A stretch of DNA of 62,508 bases, the filler included, from Squatina squatina (taxonomy: Eukaryota): NCBI GenBank assembly GCA_031763465.1. It is 4 parts of 4 records of this genome, joined end to end, with 100 filler letters (N's around TTAATTAATTAA, not from the genome) between each part and the next. Parts side by side here need not be neighbours in the genome. Positions count along the whole stretch, not along the records: positions 49,699 to 62,508 come from JARFOE010000219.1; 3 more parts are not named here. One strand, given 5' to 3'. The notes under the pieces are model-generated. The model saw only the letters and a program-made list of their open reading frames with translations, ran no database searches and was not told where the DNA came from. Positions 62,382 through 62,508 of the stretch are shown here, one piece after another (positions within the stretch are counted from its first letter, which is position 1; every line of letters begins with the position of its first letter). A program made the position numbers and the translations under genes.

Positions 62382-62483
62382 ATCCTTCCAAGTACCGCTA
62401 CAGCCCGGAGCGATTAAAAAAATCTATGTCCGCTCAGCCGATGGAGGAATTCTTGAGCTGCCGCAGGGGTCGCAGGCAGTCTG
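62382..62483 (+). CDS. Candidate internal exon of an unidentified gene
   Basis: Pyrimidine tract + CTAG acceptor, G|GTAAGG donor, 102 nt (frame-preserving), CpG-rich, two open frames. Not recognised. Confidence 0.45.
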
Positions 62484-62508
62484 GTAAGGTCTAGTCTGGG
62501 ACCAAACA

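Overview
This is eukaryotic (vertebrate) DNA, almost certainly from a cartilaginous fish given the repeat families (SacSINE1/Deu-type SINEs, abundant CR1, L2, Penelope-like and Harbinger-type MITE relics). It is not one locus. Three artificial 100-nt linkers (44 N + TTAATTAATTAA + 44 N) split the window into four separate scaffolds, and each scaffold is short contigs joined mostly by placeholder 100-N gaps. Segment 1 (1-22365) holds the DYRK1A 3' exons and 3' UTR, KCNJ6 (minus) and intronless KCNJ15, in the same order as human chr21q22. Segment 2 (22466-35827) holds two ASMTL exons, a class I cytokine-receptor FN3-like exon and a MYO9A-like exon on the opposite strand. Segment 3 (35928-49598) holds intronless KCTD12 tail-to-tail with four LMO7 exons. 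Segment 4 (49699-62508) holds the last exon of a fibulin-7-like (probable fibulin-8) gene, CLEC18 exons 1-2 and one unidentified candidate exon. I found no prokaryote-type system (CRISPR, operon, defence locus). The best leads are: a cytokine-receptor exon lying antisense within a MYO9 intron (nested gene or misassembly); substitutions at conserved residues in both Kir channels; two MITE copies inserted in the same 11-bp target; a degenerate hammerhead ribozyme in a Penelope-like end; and a 20-bp palindromic bidirectional poly(A) signal. Gene identities come from my recall of vertebrate orthologue sequences, not from a database search.
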